31,214 nt of DNA, taken from NCBI GenBank assembly GCA_902826505.1, contig CADEFG010000001.1, forward strand, positions 1-31,214, given 5' to 3'. The translations under genes were made by a program, and so were the position numbers. How positions within the stretch are numbered: the first letter of the stretch is position 1; every line of letters starts with the position of its first letter. Below are positions 16,701 through 26,663 of the stretch, piece after piece. Under the pieces are notes generated by a model, which saw only the letters and a list, made by a program, of their open reading frames with translations, was not told the origin of the DNA and did not search any database. This DNA is from an uncultured Acidobacteriota bacterium (lineage in GTDB: Bacteria; Acidobacteriota; Blastocatellia; Pyrinomonadales; Pyrinomonadaceae).

Positions 16701-18113
16701 TTAATTTTCTTCTTCATTCAAAGTTTTTATCACTTTCGCCGGTACGCCGACGACCAGAGTGTTCGGTTCGACATCTTTGATGACGACGCTTCCTGCGCCG
16801 GTGACAGCGCCGTCGCCGATTTTGACGGGCGCGACAAGCATCGTGTTCGAGCTGATTTTGACGTTATTGCCGATCGAGGTCGCGTGTTTGTTAACGCCGT
16901 CGTAGTTGCAGGTGATCGTGCCCGCGCCGATGTTGGTTTTTTCGCCGATCGTCGCGTCGCCGAGGTAAGTCAGATGATTTGCCTTGGATTTTCTGCCCAA
17001 GACCGATTTTTTCATTTCGACGAAATTGCCGACGTGCGATTCGTCTTCCATCCGCGATTGCGGTCGCAAATGCGCGAACGGTCCGACCTGACAGCCGTTG
17101 CCGATTTCCGAATCGACGATCACGCAATGATCGCGGATCTCAACGCCGTGCCCGACTTTTGAATTCGTGATCCGCGTGCCCGCACGAATTATGCAGCCGT
17201 CGCCGATTTCCGTCGTGCCTTCGATCGAAACGTTCGGAAAAATCACCGTGTCGCGTCCGATCTGCGCTTCGGCGCTGACGTAGGAATTATACGGGTCAAT
17301 AAACGTCACGCCGTAATCGAGCATCATTTTTTTCAACACGCGGCGGCGCAAAACTCTTTCCATTTCGGCGAGCTGAACGCGGTTGTTGATGCCTTCGATC
17401 TCGTTCGAATCGCTGTGATGATAAAGCGAAATATCTTCGCCTTCGTTCCGCAGAAGCGTCGGAACGTCAGTCAAATAATATTCGCCCTGCGCGTTTTCGT
17501 TCTTGACGCTTGAGAGCGCCCGGAAAAGTTTGCGTGTGTCGAAACAATAAATTCCCGAATTGATTTCCTTGATTTTTCGTTCGTCTTCCGAAGCGTCCTT
17601 TTGTTCGACGATTCGATCGAAAAGTCCCGCGTCGCCTCTGACAATTCTGCCGTAACCTGCCGGATCATCAAGTTTAACGGTGAGAATCGTGCAAGCCGCG
17701 CCTTTCCCGCGATGCGCGCGGTGCTGCTGCACTAATGCGGCGAGCGTTTCAGCGCGGATCATCGGCACGTCGCCCGATAAAACAAGAAGTGTCGAATCTT
17801 CGTTTTCCAGAAATTCGCGCGCGGAATTGACGGCGTGTCCGGTTCCGAGCTGCTCGTTTTGCCAGACAAATTCGGCGTGTTCGCTCGTTAATTCTTCCAA
17901 AACCGCACTTTTTACATCTTCGCCCTGATGACCGATGACGACGTAAACTTTGCGCGGAGCCAGCGCGGTCGCCGTCCGGCAAACATGATTAATGAGCGGA
18001 CGACCATCAAGTTTGTGCAGGACTTTTGCCAAATTCGAACGCATCCGCGTTCCCAATCCGGCGGCGAGAATCAAGACATCCAGCGTTTTTTGTTCGTTGG
18101 GAATATTTTCCAT
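16701..18113 (-). CDS. glmU: Bifunctional UDP-GlcNAc pyrophosphorylase/glucosamine-1-phosphate acetyltransferase
   Basis: LAAGLGTRMRS, QLGTGHAV, SGDVP, GYGRIVR, EINSG, QGEYYLTD, a hexapeptide beta-helix, GPFAHLR, GNFVE, HLTYLGDA, ITCNYDG. Confidence 0.98.
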   Translation of the reverse strand: MENIPNEQKTLDVLILAAGLGTRMRSNLAKVLHKLDGRPLINHVCRTATALAPRKVYVVIGHQGEDVKSAVLEELTSEHAEFVWQNEQLGTGHAVNSAREFLENEDSTLLVLSGDVPMIRAETLAALVQQHRAHRGKGAACTILTVKLDDPAGYGRIVRGDAGLFDRIVEQKDASEDERKIKEINSGIYCFDTRKLFRALSSVKNENAQGEYYLTDVPTLLRNEGEDISLYHHSDSNEIEGINNRVQLAEMERVLRRRVLKKMMLDYGVTFIDPYNSYVSAEAQIGRDTVIFPNVSIEGTTEIGDGCIIRAGTRITNSKVGHGVEIRDHCVIVDSEIGNGCQVGPFAHLRPQSRMEDESHVGNFVEMKKSVLGRKSKANHLTYLGDATIGEKTNIGAGTITCNYDGVNKHATSIGNNVKISSNTMLVAPVKIGDGAVTGAGSVVIKDVEPNTLVVGVPAKVIKTLNEEEN

Positions 18114-18215
18114 AAAATCAGAGAATTTTTAACGCTCAAGACGCGAAGAAATAAATAGCCTTTTATTTTTTGCGCCCCGGCGCGTTTGTGTTCTTCGCGT
18201 TCGATTTATTATTTA

Positions 18216-19247
18216 CTAAACCAAAACATTTTTTCCTGGCTGCACGGCGCAAAGCAAAACAACTTGCGCTAATTTTTCGGGATGATGGCGCACCATTTCG
18301 CCTTCGTCCAATAGATTACCATAAACAACCTCTGCGCCTTCAATCGTTTCGGGCGTGATCGAGCCATGGACGCCGATTTGCTCCGCGCCTTCTTCGGCAT
18401 AGCGCATCAATTGCTCATCGTTGATCGGGCAATTGTTGACGACAACATAATCAAAATCGATTTCGGGCGCGTATTCGCGAACAATTTCAAGATGCTTGCG
18501 CGAAGTCAATCCGTCGGTTTCGCCGGGCTGCGTCATCAGATTACAGATAAAAACCTTGACGGCGGAAGATTCGGCGATCGCTTCCGAAACGCCGTGAACA
18601 AGAATCGGCGGCACGAGCGACGTAAAAAGCGAACCGGGACCGACCGTGATGACATCTGCCTCGTAAATCGCCGCGAGGGCTTCGGGCAGCGGATGACAAT
18701 CTTCGGGTTCGAGATAGAGTCGTTTGATAAAATTTCCGAGTTTTCCGATATTGGTTTCGCCGCGAATGACCGTCCCGTCCCGGAGCTCGGCAGCGAGCCG
18801 GACGTCTGCCATGGTTGCGGGATAAATATGACCTTTACTGGCGATAATTTCGCTTGAGAGTTTGACGGCTTCGGCAAAATCGCCCGTAATTTCGGTTAAA
18901 GCCGCGAGAAAAAGATTGCCGAAACTATGTCCGCCAAGCTCGCCGTCGCCGCTAAAACGATGGCGAAAGAGTTTTGATAAAAGATGCGAATCTTCGCTCA
19001 TCGCAACCATACAATTGCGAATATCGCCGGGCGGAAGCATCTGTAATTCTTCGCGCAGTCTGCCCGAACTTCCGCCATCGTCCGAAACGGCGACGATTGC
19101 CGATAGATTTTTGAGCCAGACCGGCTCGGTTTCATCCGCGCCGACAAATCTTTTCAAGCCGGAAAGCAGCGTTGAAAGACCGTTGCCGCCGCCGATAGCA
19201 ACAAAATTCAAACCGCGTGAATTTTGCGAAAAAAGGTGATTTCTCAT
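18216..19247 (-). CDS. yvcK: YvcK/GlmR (CofD-like) gluconeogenesis factor, UDP-GlcNAc-binding
   Basis: IGGGNGLSTLL, VSDDGGSSGRLR, PPGDIRNC, GHSFGNLFL, GPGSLFTS, NLMTQPGET, VRHHPEKLA. Confidence 0.93.
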   Translation of the reverse strand: MRNHLFSQNSRGLNFVAIGGGNGLSTLLSGLKRFVGADETEPVWLKNLSAIVAVSDDGGSSGRLREELQMLPPGDIRNCMVAMSEDSHLLSKLFRHRFSGDGELGGHSFGNLFLAALTEITGDFAEAVKLSSEIIASKGHIYPATMADVRLAAELRDGTVIRGETNIGKLGNFIKRLYLEPEDCHPLPEALAAIYEADVITVGPGSLFTSLVPPILVHGVSEAIAESSAVKVFICNLMTQPGETDGLTSRKHLEIVREYAPEIDFDYVVVNNCPINDEQLMRYAEEGAEQIGVHGSITPETIEGAEVVYGNLLDEGEMVRHHPEKLAQVVLLCAVQPGKNVLV

Positions 19248-19514
19248 TAATCTTAGGGGAATTTATCGAAAAATTGAAGAATAGGCAAGAAGAAACCGCG
19301 ATCGTTTCTGATTTGTTTTGAAATTGGTGACCGGGCAAGCGCGTGTGCCTTGAAAAGTTTAACATTTTTTCGATTTAACGGGCAATATGTTTTTATTTCT
19401 GTTTCATTAAAAGCCGACTTCTCAAAAAATTCGGGTAACTGCGGTTCTTTGGTTAAATACTGAAAGTTAAAACCAATGAAAACAATTTTAAATCTTAGGA
19501 TGACAAAAAAATAC

Positions 19515-19544
19515 TTGAAGACTCTTGCGTCGGTATGCTAGATT
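19515..19544 (+). promoter_or_regulatory. Possible sigma70-type promoter for mglBA
   Basis: TTGAAG (19515-19520), 18-bp spacer, TGn-TAGATT (extended -10) in the divergent yvcK/mglB spacer. Pattern only. Confidence 0.3.
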
Positions 19545-19666
19545 ATATAAGTGATTTGTCGAACAGCTCGCCCGACAAATAGAAAAAATTCCACAAAATA
19601 GTTGTTTTGGAAGGCTAATCAACTTCTTGCCTCTATTGACCAAATTCCGAGAGAGAAAATAGTTTC

Positions 19667-20149
19667 ATGGTAGAAACAACCGTAATTATACACGAACAGC
19701 AGTTCCAAAGGATCAAGAACGTCCTGGCACGTCTTTGCGTCGAATGCGCCGCCCGCGTTGTGTTTCTGGTTGACCGCGACGGTCAGCCGATCGCATTTCA
19801 CGGCGACATCGGCGATATGGATACGACGAGTTTTTCCAGCTTAGCCGCCGGTAATGTTGCCGCGACAACTTCGATGGCAAAACTTATCGGCGAAGATGTT
19901 TTTCCGGCAGTCGTTCACGAAGGCGAACGCGAAAGCATCTTCATCAGCGTGATCGGCAGAAGCCTTTTGGTGGTCGTTTTCGATGAACGCTCAACGCTCG
20001 GTTTGGTCAAACTGCGAACGAAAAAGGCAAGTCACGAAGTTGCTTCTATTTTTGACGACGTGATGCGCGATTCGAATAACGGGCGACTTAACGAAAATTC
20101 ATTTTTCGCCGAAATTACTGATGAAGACATTGACAGTCTTTTCAGCTAA
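19667..20149 (+). CDS. mglB: MglB roadblock/LC7 GTPase-activating protein
   Basis: VFLVDRDGQPIA, SLAAGNVAAT, EGERESIFIS, LVVVFDERSTLGLVKLR, and a C-terminal helix FFAEITDEDIDSLFS like Myxococcus MglB. Confidence 0.93.
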   Translation: MVETTVIIHEQQFQRIKNVLARLCVECAARVVFLVDRDGQPIAFHGDIGDMDTTSFSSLAAGNVAATTSMAKLIGEDVFPAVVHEGERESIFISVIGRSLLVVVFDERSTLGLVKLRTKKASHEVASIFDDVMRDSNNGRLNENSFFAEITDEDIDSLFS

Positions 20150-20173
20150 ATCTATTATAAACTGGTAAAATTT

Positions 20174-20758
20174 ATGACATTTATTAATTACGCTTCACGC
20201 GAAATTAACTGCAAAATTGTATATTACGGTCCGGGTCTTTGCGGCAAAACGACGAATTTGCAATATATTTACGATTCGACCGCGCCGCAAGCCAAAGGCA
20301 AATTGATCAGCTTAGCGACGGAAACCGACCGGACGCTGTTTTTTGATTTTATGCCGCTCGAACTCGGGACGGTGCGCGGTTTTAAAACCCGTTTCCATCT
20401 TTATACGGTTCCCGGACAGGTTTATTACGATGCTTCGCGCAAGTTGATTTTAAAGGGCGTTGACGGTGTTGTTTTTGTTGCCGATTCGCAGGAAGAGCGC
20501 ATGGACGCCAATATCGAATCGCTTTACAATCTGGAAGAAAATCTGCAATCGCAAGGCTATAATCTGATGGATTTGCCCTATGTTCTCCAGCTCAACAAAC
20601 GCGATCTGCCGAATGTCATTCCGACCGACGAGCTTTCCGCCGAACTCTTGCGCAAAGGCGAACCCGTTTTTGAAGCGACTGCTTCGCAGGGCGTCGGCGT
20701 TTTCGATACGCTCAAAGCCGTTGCCAAACAGGTTTTGACCGAACTCCGAAAAGGTTAA
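20174..20758 (+). CDS. mglA: MglA small Ras-like GTPase
   Basis: [37 protein letters not shown] (intrinsic Arg finger), TVPGQ, VFVADSQ, NKRD. Confidence 0.97.
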   Translation: MTFINYASREINCKIVYYGPGLCGKTTNLQYIYDSTAPQAKGKLISLATETDRTLFFDFMPLELGTVRGFKTRFHLYTVPGQVYYDASRKLILKGVDGVVFVADSQEERMDANIESLYNLEENLQSQGYNLMDLPYVLQLNKRDLPNVIPTDELSAELLRKGEPVFEATASQGVGVFDTLKAVAKQVLTELRKG

Positions 20759-20774
20759 AATTCCATTTTTTCTT

Positions 20775-20824
20775 AAAACAGTAAAAGCCGTTAAGTTACG
20801 AAACTTAACGGCTTTTACTGTTTT
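20775..20824. terminator. Bidirectional terminator (perfect 23-bp stem)
   Basis: AAAACAGTAAAAGCCGTTAAGTT-ACGA-AACTTAACGGCTTTTACTGTTTT between convergent mglA and the VWA gene. Confidence 0.88.
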
Positions 20825-20877
20825 TGCGCCAAGCAATCTTGAGATTGAACGATAGATTGTATTAAGTTAATATTTCG

Positions 20878-23037
20878 TCAATTAACCACTTCAAAATCAA
20901 TTGATTGTGAAACGGTCTGGTTGGTTTGCAAATCTTTGACGATTAACTGTAAGGCGTAATCTCCGACCGGAACGGCTTCATTAATTCGTAAATAGCCAAA
21001 ATCGTTGATCCGTGTCAAATCCGGCTGATTTTCAATTTTCGCTTTTTCAAAAGATCCCTGCGAAACCAAAATACCGTCACGGTACAAATTTACCTGGGTT
21101 GCGAGATTTGGCAAATTCGTGACCTTATCAATTTTGGGATTGTAAAGAGTATATGAATAAGCCAAAATCATCCCTTTTTTGAATTGTCTGACCGCCGGAA
21201 CGCTTTTGGAACTGACATAAACAAATCCATTTTCAGGCTTTGTCATTGAAGGCGAAACAAATTTCCCTTTGGCATCAACTTCGCTGATACTCATACCTGA
21301 AAGAAACAATTCGCCTTTTTTTAAGTTTGGCACGGAAATCGATTGTCCGGCTGAACCGAGCAATTTACTGTTTGCATCGCGCATCGCCACCCGCAGATTA
21401 TAGGTTCCGTCATTTTTTATCGGCACATCGGCGGAATAAACCAACCCGTTTTGTTTTATTAGTTTTGCCGTATTTTCGTCCACTTTCAATGTATGAGTCT
21501 TATTAAATTCGTCGATCACTTGATTTTTTTCGTCCAGAGTTACCGCAATCACATCAAAAACGGCTTTTTTGCTGCCGTTGGAATCATCAGTAAAAGTAAT
21601 TTCGTTCCCGCTAAGGTTGATCAGCGAGCGTACAAAATTTCCGCCCGAAATTGTATTACCAAAAAAGGCGGTCAACCGTAGATTTAATCCCGATTTTGGA
21701 AGCGGCGCGATGATCGCCTGATAAAGATCGCTGTCTGCCGTGCGCGGTTTTTGCGCTTTTTCCGTATCAGATTTACCTATGAAACCGGAACGTGAAATAA
21801 CTTTTAATTCGGGACGTTTAACTTTTATTTCTATCTTATTAAAGGATTTCCCCTTAAAAGTTTCTTCTTCGGGCTCATAACCGATCAAATAATAACCGCT
21901 TTCTTGACTTAAGGCTTTTTGAAAAGATCCGTCAAAACTATTGCTTCCCTGAAAAAAGCGACCGCCCGTTTCATTTGCCAGAAAAAACAAACCGTCTTGT
22001 GAATTGGCGGTCGCTCTTTGACGGTTAGCGGCAATTTGGCTGGTTCCCGAAGGTCTTACCGGGTCAATCGCCTCGCTGACATCGACTTCGTCTTTGGCTT
22101 CGATAAATCCAGGGTCGAAGACTCCGCGCACATCGATCGTATTAAAAACAACCGACGCCCGATTTGCCGAATCAGTAAGATCGCGCATCACATCACTTGA
22201 AGAAAGGAATTTACCGTCTCTTGTTCTGAACGGAATTCCGTCGGACAGAAAAAAGACCACCTTTCTGCCCGGCACACGGTCTAAGCCACGCACAATGTAA
22301 TTGATTACGCCGATAACTCCGACTATCTGATTATTGAGAGCAAAATCTTCACCGGCTTCGCGGCGTTTGCGAGCCTCATCGGATTCGATCGGCGAAGTTC
22401 CTATTCCGCTAGGCGAGTTTGAGCGCGATCTTTCAAAAAAACTTCCGTCGCTGGTTGAACAAGAGCCTTGCGGCGGATACCAGCGAATTTTCCGTATTGT
22501 TTGCAAAAGTGTCGATTTATCGGAAGTATATTGCTGAAGCATACTGCTTCCCGAACGAGTTCGATAAATCGCTATCAGATCATTCGGCTGCATTTGCTCT
22601 TTGACAAATTTTTCCAAAGACTGCCGCGAAGCCGTCATTCCAACTTGCGAAACGGTGCAATTACCATCGTCAATAATAAATGTCAGAATGCGTCCGGCAG
22701 AAGCAGGATTGATATTTACAGGCGGCGGGAGCGGCGCATTTTTATCCTTGTTCTCCGCAATCGGCTTCGGTTCGCTGGTCGTTGTTTGGGTCGGCAATTT
22801 GATATATGAAAAATTTGTGATCTTTTGCGGTTTACCGTCCTGGAAAATTTCAAATTCATCCGCCTTCAGATTTGTTACCTGATTTCCATTTTTGTCAGTA
22901 ATAATAGCATCTAACTGCACCAGATTGGTGGTGATTTTGACAACGCCGTCATCCTCAGGCGAGGTCTGTTGAGCAAAGATCGGGCTTGACAGGAGCAGAA
23001 GAATTGAAAAGAGCAGGATCGAAAAAAACACTTTCAT
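20878..23037 (-). CDS. Exported Acidobacterial VWA-domain protein
   Basis: GGAGG before ATG 23037 and a signal peptide. VVKITTNLVQLDAIITDKNG, LKADEFEIFQDGKPQKI, TFIIDD, PGRKVVFFLSDG, FNTIDVRG, LANETGG, YYLIGYEP match the VWFA-related Acidobacterial domain. Confidence 0.88.
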   Translation of the reverse strand: MKVFFSILLFSILLLLSSPIFAQQTSPEDDGVVKITTNLVQLDAIITDKNGNQVTNLKADEFEIFQDGKPQKITNFSYIKLPTQTTTSEPKPIAENKDKNAPLPPPVNINPASAGRILTFIIDDGNCTVSQVGMTASRQSLEKFVKEQMQPNDLIAIYRTRSGSSMLQQYTSDKSTLLQTIRKIRWYPPQGSCSTSDGSFFERSRSNSPSGIGTSPIESDEARKRREAGEDFALNNQIVGVIGVINYIVRGLDRVPGRKVVFFLSDGIPFRTRDGKFLSSSDVMRDLTDSANRASVVFNTIDVRGVFDPGFIEAKDEVDVSEAIDPVRPSGTSQIAANRQRATANSQDGLFFLANETGGRFFQGSNSFDGSFQKALSQESGYYLIGYEPEEETFKGKSFNKIEIKVKRPELKVISRSGFIGKSDTEKAQKPRTADSDLYQAIIAPLPKSGLNLRLTAFFGNTISGGNFVRSLINLSGNEITFTDDSNGSKKAVFDVIAVTLDEKNQVIDEFNKTHTLKVDENTAKLIKQNGLVYSADVPIKNDGTYNLRVAMRDANSKLLGSAGQSISVPNLKKGELFLSGMSISEVDAKGKFVSPSMTKPENGFVYVSSKSVPAVRQFKKGMILAYSYTLYNPKIDKVTNLPNLATQVNLYRDGILVSQGSFEKAKIENQPDLTRINDFGYLRINEAVPVGDYALQLIVKDLQTNQTVSQSIDFEVVN

Positions 23038-23329
23038 ATTGCCTCCTTGAAAACAGCACAACACTTTCAGAGATTGGTTAAAACCGTTCTGAAAATTTGG
23101 CTAGAGTATTGGAAATTTTTGGTTCGGGGAGAACAAAAACATCATTTTGTTAGAGCACAGCCAAATTTTTGATAATTTAGTACCAGAAAATAAACATAAT
23201 ACAATAGGACAGTTAAATTTGGAAGTTTTTTTCTGGTCTGGGCGATCGATAATTTTGGCTTGCGCGATTTTGGATGATCAAACCGGGCGATCTAAAAAAA
23301 CACAAAAATGAAGAAGCCGATGAATAAAA

Positions 23330-25402
23330 TCAAGCCTCTGATTTTTCACCGTTTTCGTATTGTTCGAGTTTTCGATAAAGCGTTTTTCTTCCGATATTTA
23401 ACAATCTTGAAGCGCGGGATTTGTCGCCTGCCGTATAATCCAAAGCCATTTCGACCGCCTGTTTTTCGATTTCTTCCATGGTCGCGGGAAATTCGATTTC
23501 GAGGCTGACCGTACGACCTTCGTGCGCGGCTTTGGCACGTTCGTGACGGGCTTGGGCGTTCATTTCAAAGGCTTTTTTGCTAATCGCTTCGGGCAGATCG
23601 TCAAGCTCGATCTGGCGACCGGACGCGATGATAACGGCGCGTTCGATCGCGTTTTCGAGCTCGCGGACATTGCCGAGCCATTCGTAATTGACGAGCGCGC
23701 GTAAGGCTTCTTTGGAAATTCCCGACACAAAACGTCCGGTTTTTTCTTTGTAGCGTTCGAGAAAATGAAAAACGAGCAGATGAATGTCTTCGATCCGTTC
23801 GCGCAAGGGCGGCAGCGTGATCGGGAAAACCGACAGGCGATAATACAAATCTTTGCGGAATTTTCCTTCTTCGATCGCTTTTTCCAGATCAATATTTGTC
23901 GCGGCAACGACGCGCACATCCGTTTTGACAACTTCGTTTCCGCCGATCCGCGTCAGTTCGCCGTCCTGCAAAACGCGCAGCAATTTGACTTGCGCCGAAA
24001 GCGGCATTTCGCCGATCTCGTCAAGAAAAAGCGTCCCGCCGTCGGATTCTTCAAAACGTCCTTTGCGCTGATTTCTCGCATCGGTAAAAGCGCCTTTTTC
24101 GTGTCCGAAAAGTTCCGATTCGAGCAAGGTTTCTGGAATTGCCCCGCAGTTTATTTTGATATACGGTTTGTTTTCGCGTCCCGAATTGTAATGGATCAGA
24201 TTCGCCAGCAGTTCTTTGCCCGTGCCCGATTCGCCGTTGATCAAAACCGTCGTATTTGTGTCGGCAACGTTCAAGGCAAGTTCGATCGCGCGGCGAATCG
24301 TCGGCGCCTGCCCGATAATTTCGCTGTGTTTTTGATGAAGCTGCGATTTCAGACGCATGACTTCCGCCGAAAGCTGATCGCGCTCGAGGGCTGTGCCGAT
24401 CTGGTCGGAAATTCCTTCGACGAGCGCGACATCGTGATCTTCAAAGGGTTTGGCGGTTTCTTCGCTCCAGACAAAACCGATCAAACCGAAGGCTTGTCCG
24501 GCAACCCGCACCGGCGCGACCAGCGCGGCTTTGCCGTTGAGCTGCGAATTGAAGATCAGGCGAACCGCGAACGGCAGCTGCGTGTCGATCAGCCGCAGAG
24601 TTTTGCCTTCGCGCAGAATGTCGTTCAACGCCGGAAAAGGTTCGAGATCGAGCGATTGCTCGTGCTTTTCGATCATCTGCAAAACCTTGCTCGGTTTAAC
24701 CAGCGGCGCGGTTTTAAATGACGCGAGCGAGATTTTTTTGCCCGTCTGGTCGAGCACGCCGAGCGCACCGTAATCGGCGCCGACCAGTTCGACCGCGCGT
24801 TCCAGAACTTTGGCGGAAACGACCTTGAAATCCGAATGCGAATTCAAGGTGTTGGCGATTTCGAGAAGCGCGTTGGTGCGGTGCGTTTCCTGTTCCTGCG
24901 CGACATAAAGACTCGTGTATTGATAACCGATCGCAAGCTGTTGGGCGATCGATTCGAGAAACTGAATTTCCTCGTCAAACCATTCGCGCGGTGCGTGCGT
25001 GTCGTGAAGCCCGACCAATCCGAGGACTTTTTTGTTGAGACTGATCGGCACGATCAAAAGCGATTTTGTTTCGAGCGCTTTCGCAAAAAATTTGAGCGTC
25101 GCGTCTTTTGCCTCGGCGATGTCGTTGATCGCGATCGGTTTGGTGATGTCGAAGCGTTCGGAAAGTTTTTCGGTGTCGATCGGAATTTCCGTTCCTAAAC
25201 TCGACGGAATGGTCGGATCTTTGCGCCATTCGTGGCTGATTCGCAGCTCGCTGTCGGTCGTCAGCTGCAAAAGATCGCAGCGGTCAGCCTGCATCATACG
25301 CCCGATTTCGGAAACGACGACATTCAAAAATCTTTCGAGATCAATATTGGTCGGCAAATCACGCGCCAGACGATCGATAATCGCTTCGCGGGCTTCGTGC
25401 AT
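23330..25402 (-). CDS. Sigma54-dependent enhancer-binding protein (GAF-GAF-AAA+-Fis HTH)
   Basis: Two GAF-like domains, Walker A GESGTGKE, GAFTDA loop, Walker B LFLDEIGE, ATNIDL, DLYYRL, GNVRELEN, and HTH ASRLLNIGRKTLYRKL. Start is uncertain (25402, 25456 or 25534). Confidence 0.93.
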   Translation of the reverse strand: MHEAREAIIDRLARDLPTNIDLERFLNVVVSEIGRMMQADRCDLLQLTTDSELRISHEWRKDPTIPSSLGTEIPIDTEKLSERFDITKPIAINDIAEAKDATLKFFAKALETKSLLIVPISLNKKVLGLVGLHDTHAPREWFDEEIQFLESIAQQLAIGYQYTSLYVAQEQETHRTNALLEIANTLNSHSDFKVVSAKVLERAVELVGADYGALGVLDQTGKKISLASFKTAPLVKPSKVLQMIEKHEQSLDLEPFPALNDILREGKTLRLIDTQLPFAVRLIFNSQLNGKAALVAPVRVAGQAFGLIGFVWSEETAKPFEDHDVALVEGISDQIGTALERDQLSAEVMRLKSQLHQKHSEIIGQAPTIRRAIELALNVADTNTTVLINGESGTGKELLANLIHYNSGRENKPYIKINCGAIPETLLESELFGHEKGAFTDARNQRKGRFEESDGGTLFLDEIGEMPLSAQVKLLRVLQDGELTRIGGNEVVKTDVRVVAATNIDLEKAIEEGKFRKDLYYRLSVFPITLPPLRERIEDIHLLVFHFLERYKEKTGRFVSGISKEALRALVNYEWLGNVRELENAIERAVIIASGRQIELDDLPEAISKKAFEMNAQARHERAKAAHEGRTVSLEIEFPATMEEIEKQAVEMALDYTAGDKSRASRLLNIGRKTLYRKLEQYENGEKSEA

Positions 25403-25574
25403 TTTGATTTTTCTCTCGAGTGAAAAAGTTTGCGGGCTGTCAATTTCGATTTTCATAGAAAGGTGCTGACCGAAACAGAAACGGAAAAATTGCTCACAGA
25501 TTAACTGATAACCGAAAACCGGCATTGGTGTCAAGTTGACACAAACACAAACAAAAGTGTGTATTTTAGATTCA

Positions 25575-25617
25575 ATTAAAAAATCCGGTAAATCTTTTGC
25601 GTTAGATTTACCGGATT
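25575..25617 (-). terminator. Rho-independent terminator after the TPR gene
   Basis: AATCCGGTAAATCT / AGATTTACCGGATT perfect 14-bp inverted repeat with a T-run on the minus strand. Confidence 0.8.
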
Positions 25618-25638
25618 GAAAATATTTCGGCTGAGCTT

Positions 25639-26586
25639 CTACTGGTCGCCTTTTTTATCGAGTTTCTTTTCAGGCTTCTTTTCCGGTTTCTTTTCCGGTT
25701 TTGATTCGCCCGGTTTCGTTACTTCCTTGTCCGGCGTTTCCGGCGTGTCGGTTTCCGACGGTTTGACGGTTTGTTTCGATCTCGGCAAATTGTCCTGTTG
25801 CTGCGGCGGTTTTGGTGTATTGCCGAAATCAATCCGTTTTTTTCCGGCTTCGGCTTTTTCGAGAAGTTCCGCCGCTTCGGAATTTTCCGCGTCAATTTCG
25901 AGCGCTTTTTTCAAAGCCTTAACGGCTTCGTCATATCTCGCCAATTTAATCAGGATCGCGCCGAATTCGGTTTGATAAAGCGTTTCCTCGGGTTTGAGCT
26001 TGACGGCTTGGCGCAGGGCTTTTTCGGCATCTTCGTCTTCGTCGAGTTTGTTGTAAGAGCGTCCGAGATTGTAAAAGGCGGCATCGTCCTTTTCATTCTT
26101 CGCAATGATTTTTTTATACGCGGCAACCGCTTTTTCAAATGCTTTTTCCGAATCTTTGGTACGAACGACCGGCGCATCTTTTTTGCTTTTGCTTTTTTTA
26201 ACCGGCGTCGGGGTCGGCGTTAATTCAACCTCTTCGTTGAGCGATTCGACCTCTTTTTGCTTTTCGATCAGCGAATACGAGACGCCGAGCTTAAACCACG
26301 CCTCCGCCAGCTCGGGATTTAGTTTGACGGCTTGATTATAGGCTTCAACCGCTAGTTCCGTTTTGTTCGCGTCAAAAAGTTTGTTGCCCTCGGCAAAAGC
26401 CGTCTCGGCATCGGTAAATTCGGGCAAAGGCGTTGATTGCACCGGCACGTTTGAATTGACATTCGCCGCCGGAGTTTGCGCAGGTTGCACATTGGTATTA
26501 GATTGATTTGTGTTTGCTGAATCACCGCCGCAACCAAATTGCAGAGCAAGCCAAATAAATAATAAAGCCACAAAAATTTTTCTCAT
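25639..26586 (-). CDS. TPR-repeat lipoprotein
   Basis: Lipobox-like LQFGC. TPR motifs (AVEAYNQAVKLNPELAEAWFKLG; AFYNLGRSYNKL; AVKALKKALEID), a TPTPTP linker and a KKPE-repeat tail. Confidence 0.88.
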   Translation of the reverse strand: MRKIFVALLFIWLALQFGCGGDSANTNQSNTNVQPAQTPAANVNSNVPVQSTPLPEFTDAETAFAEGNKLFDANKTELAVEAYNQAVKLNPELAEAWFKLGVSYSLIEKQKEVESLNEEVELTPTPTPVKKSKSKKDAPVVRTKDSEKAFEKAVAAYKKIIAKNEKDDAAFYNLGRSYNKLDEDEDAEKALRQAVKLKPEETLYQTEFGAILIKLARYDEAVKALKKALEIDAENSEAAELLEKAEAGKKRIDFGNTPKPPQQQDNLPRSKQTVKPSETDTPETPDKEVTKPGESKPEKKPEKKPEKKLDKKGDQ

Positions 26587-26663
26587 TAAATTTTTCCTAA
26601 TAGTTGATTGTTAAAAACTCTCGACCCTTAGAATATAGAAAATTCAAATTCGTTTGTATAAAT

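Noticed and set aside
18131-18205. Degenerate inverted repeat (ACGCGAAGAA/TTCTTCGCGT) between yvcK and glmU
   Set aside because: Only 10 bp pair perfectly. It may be a decayed member of the octamer family but is too weak to call.
19331-19350. Sigma54-like GGCAC...TTGC on the minus strand upstream of yvcK
   Set aside because: GG-to-GC spacing is 11 nt, not the required 10.
23092-23169. 11-bp inverted repeat AAAATTTGGCT/AGCCAAATTTT upstream of the VWA gene
   Set aside because: Short, AT-rich and widely spaced. Could be an operator but is unsupported.
25660-25702. 12-bp periodic repeat at the TPR gene 3' end
   Set aside because: Simple KKPE low-complexity protein tail.
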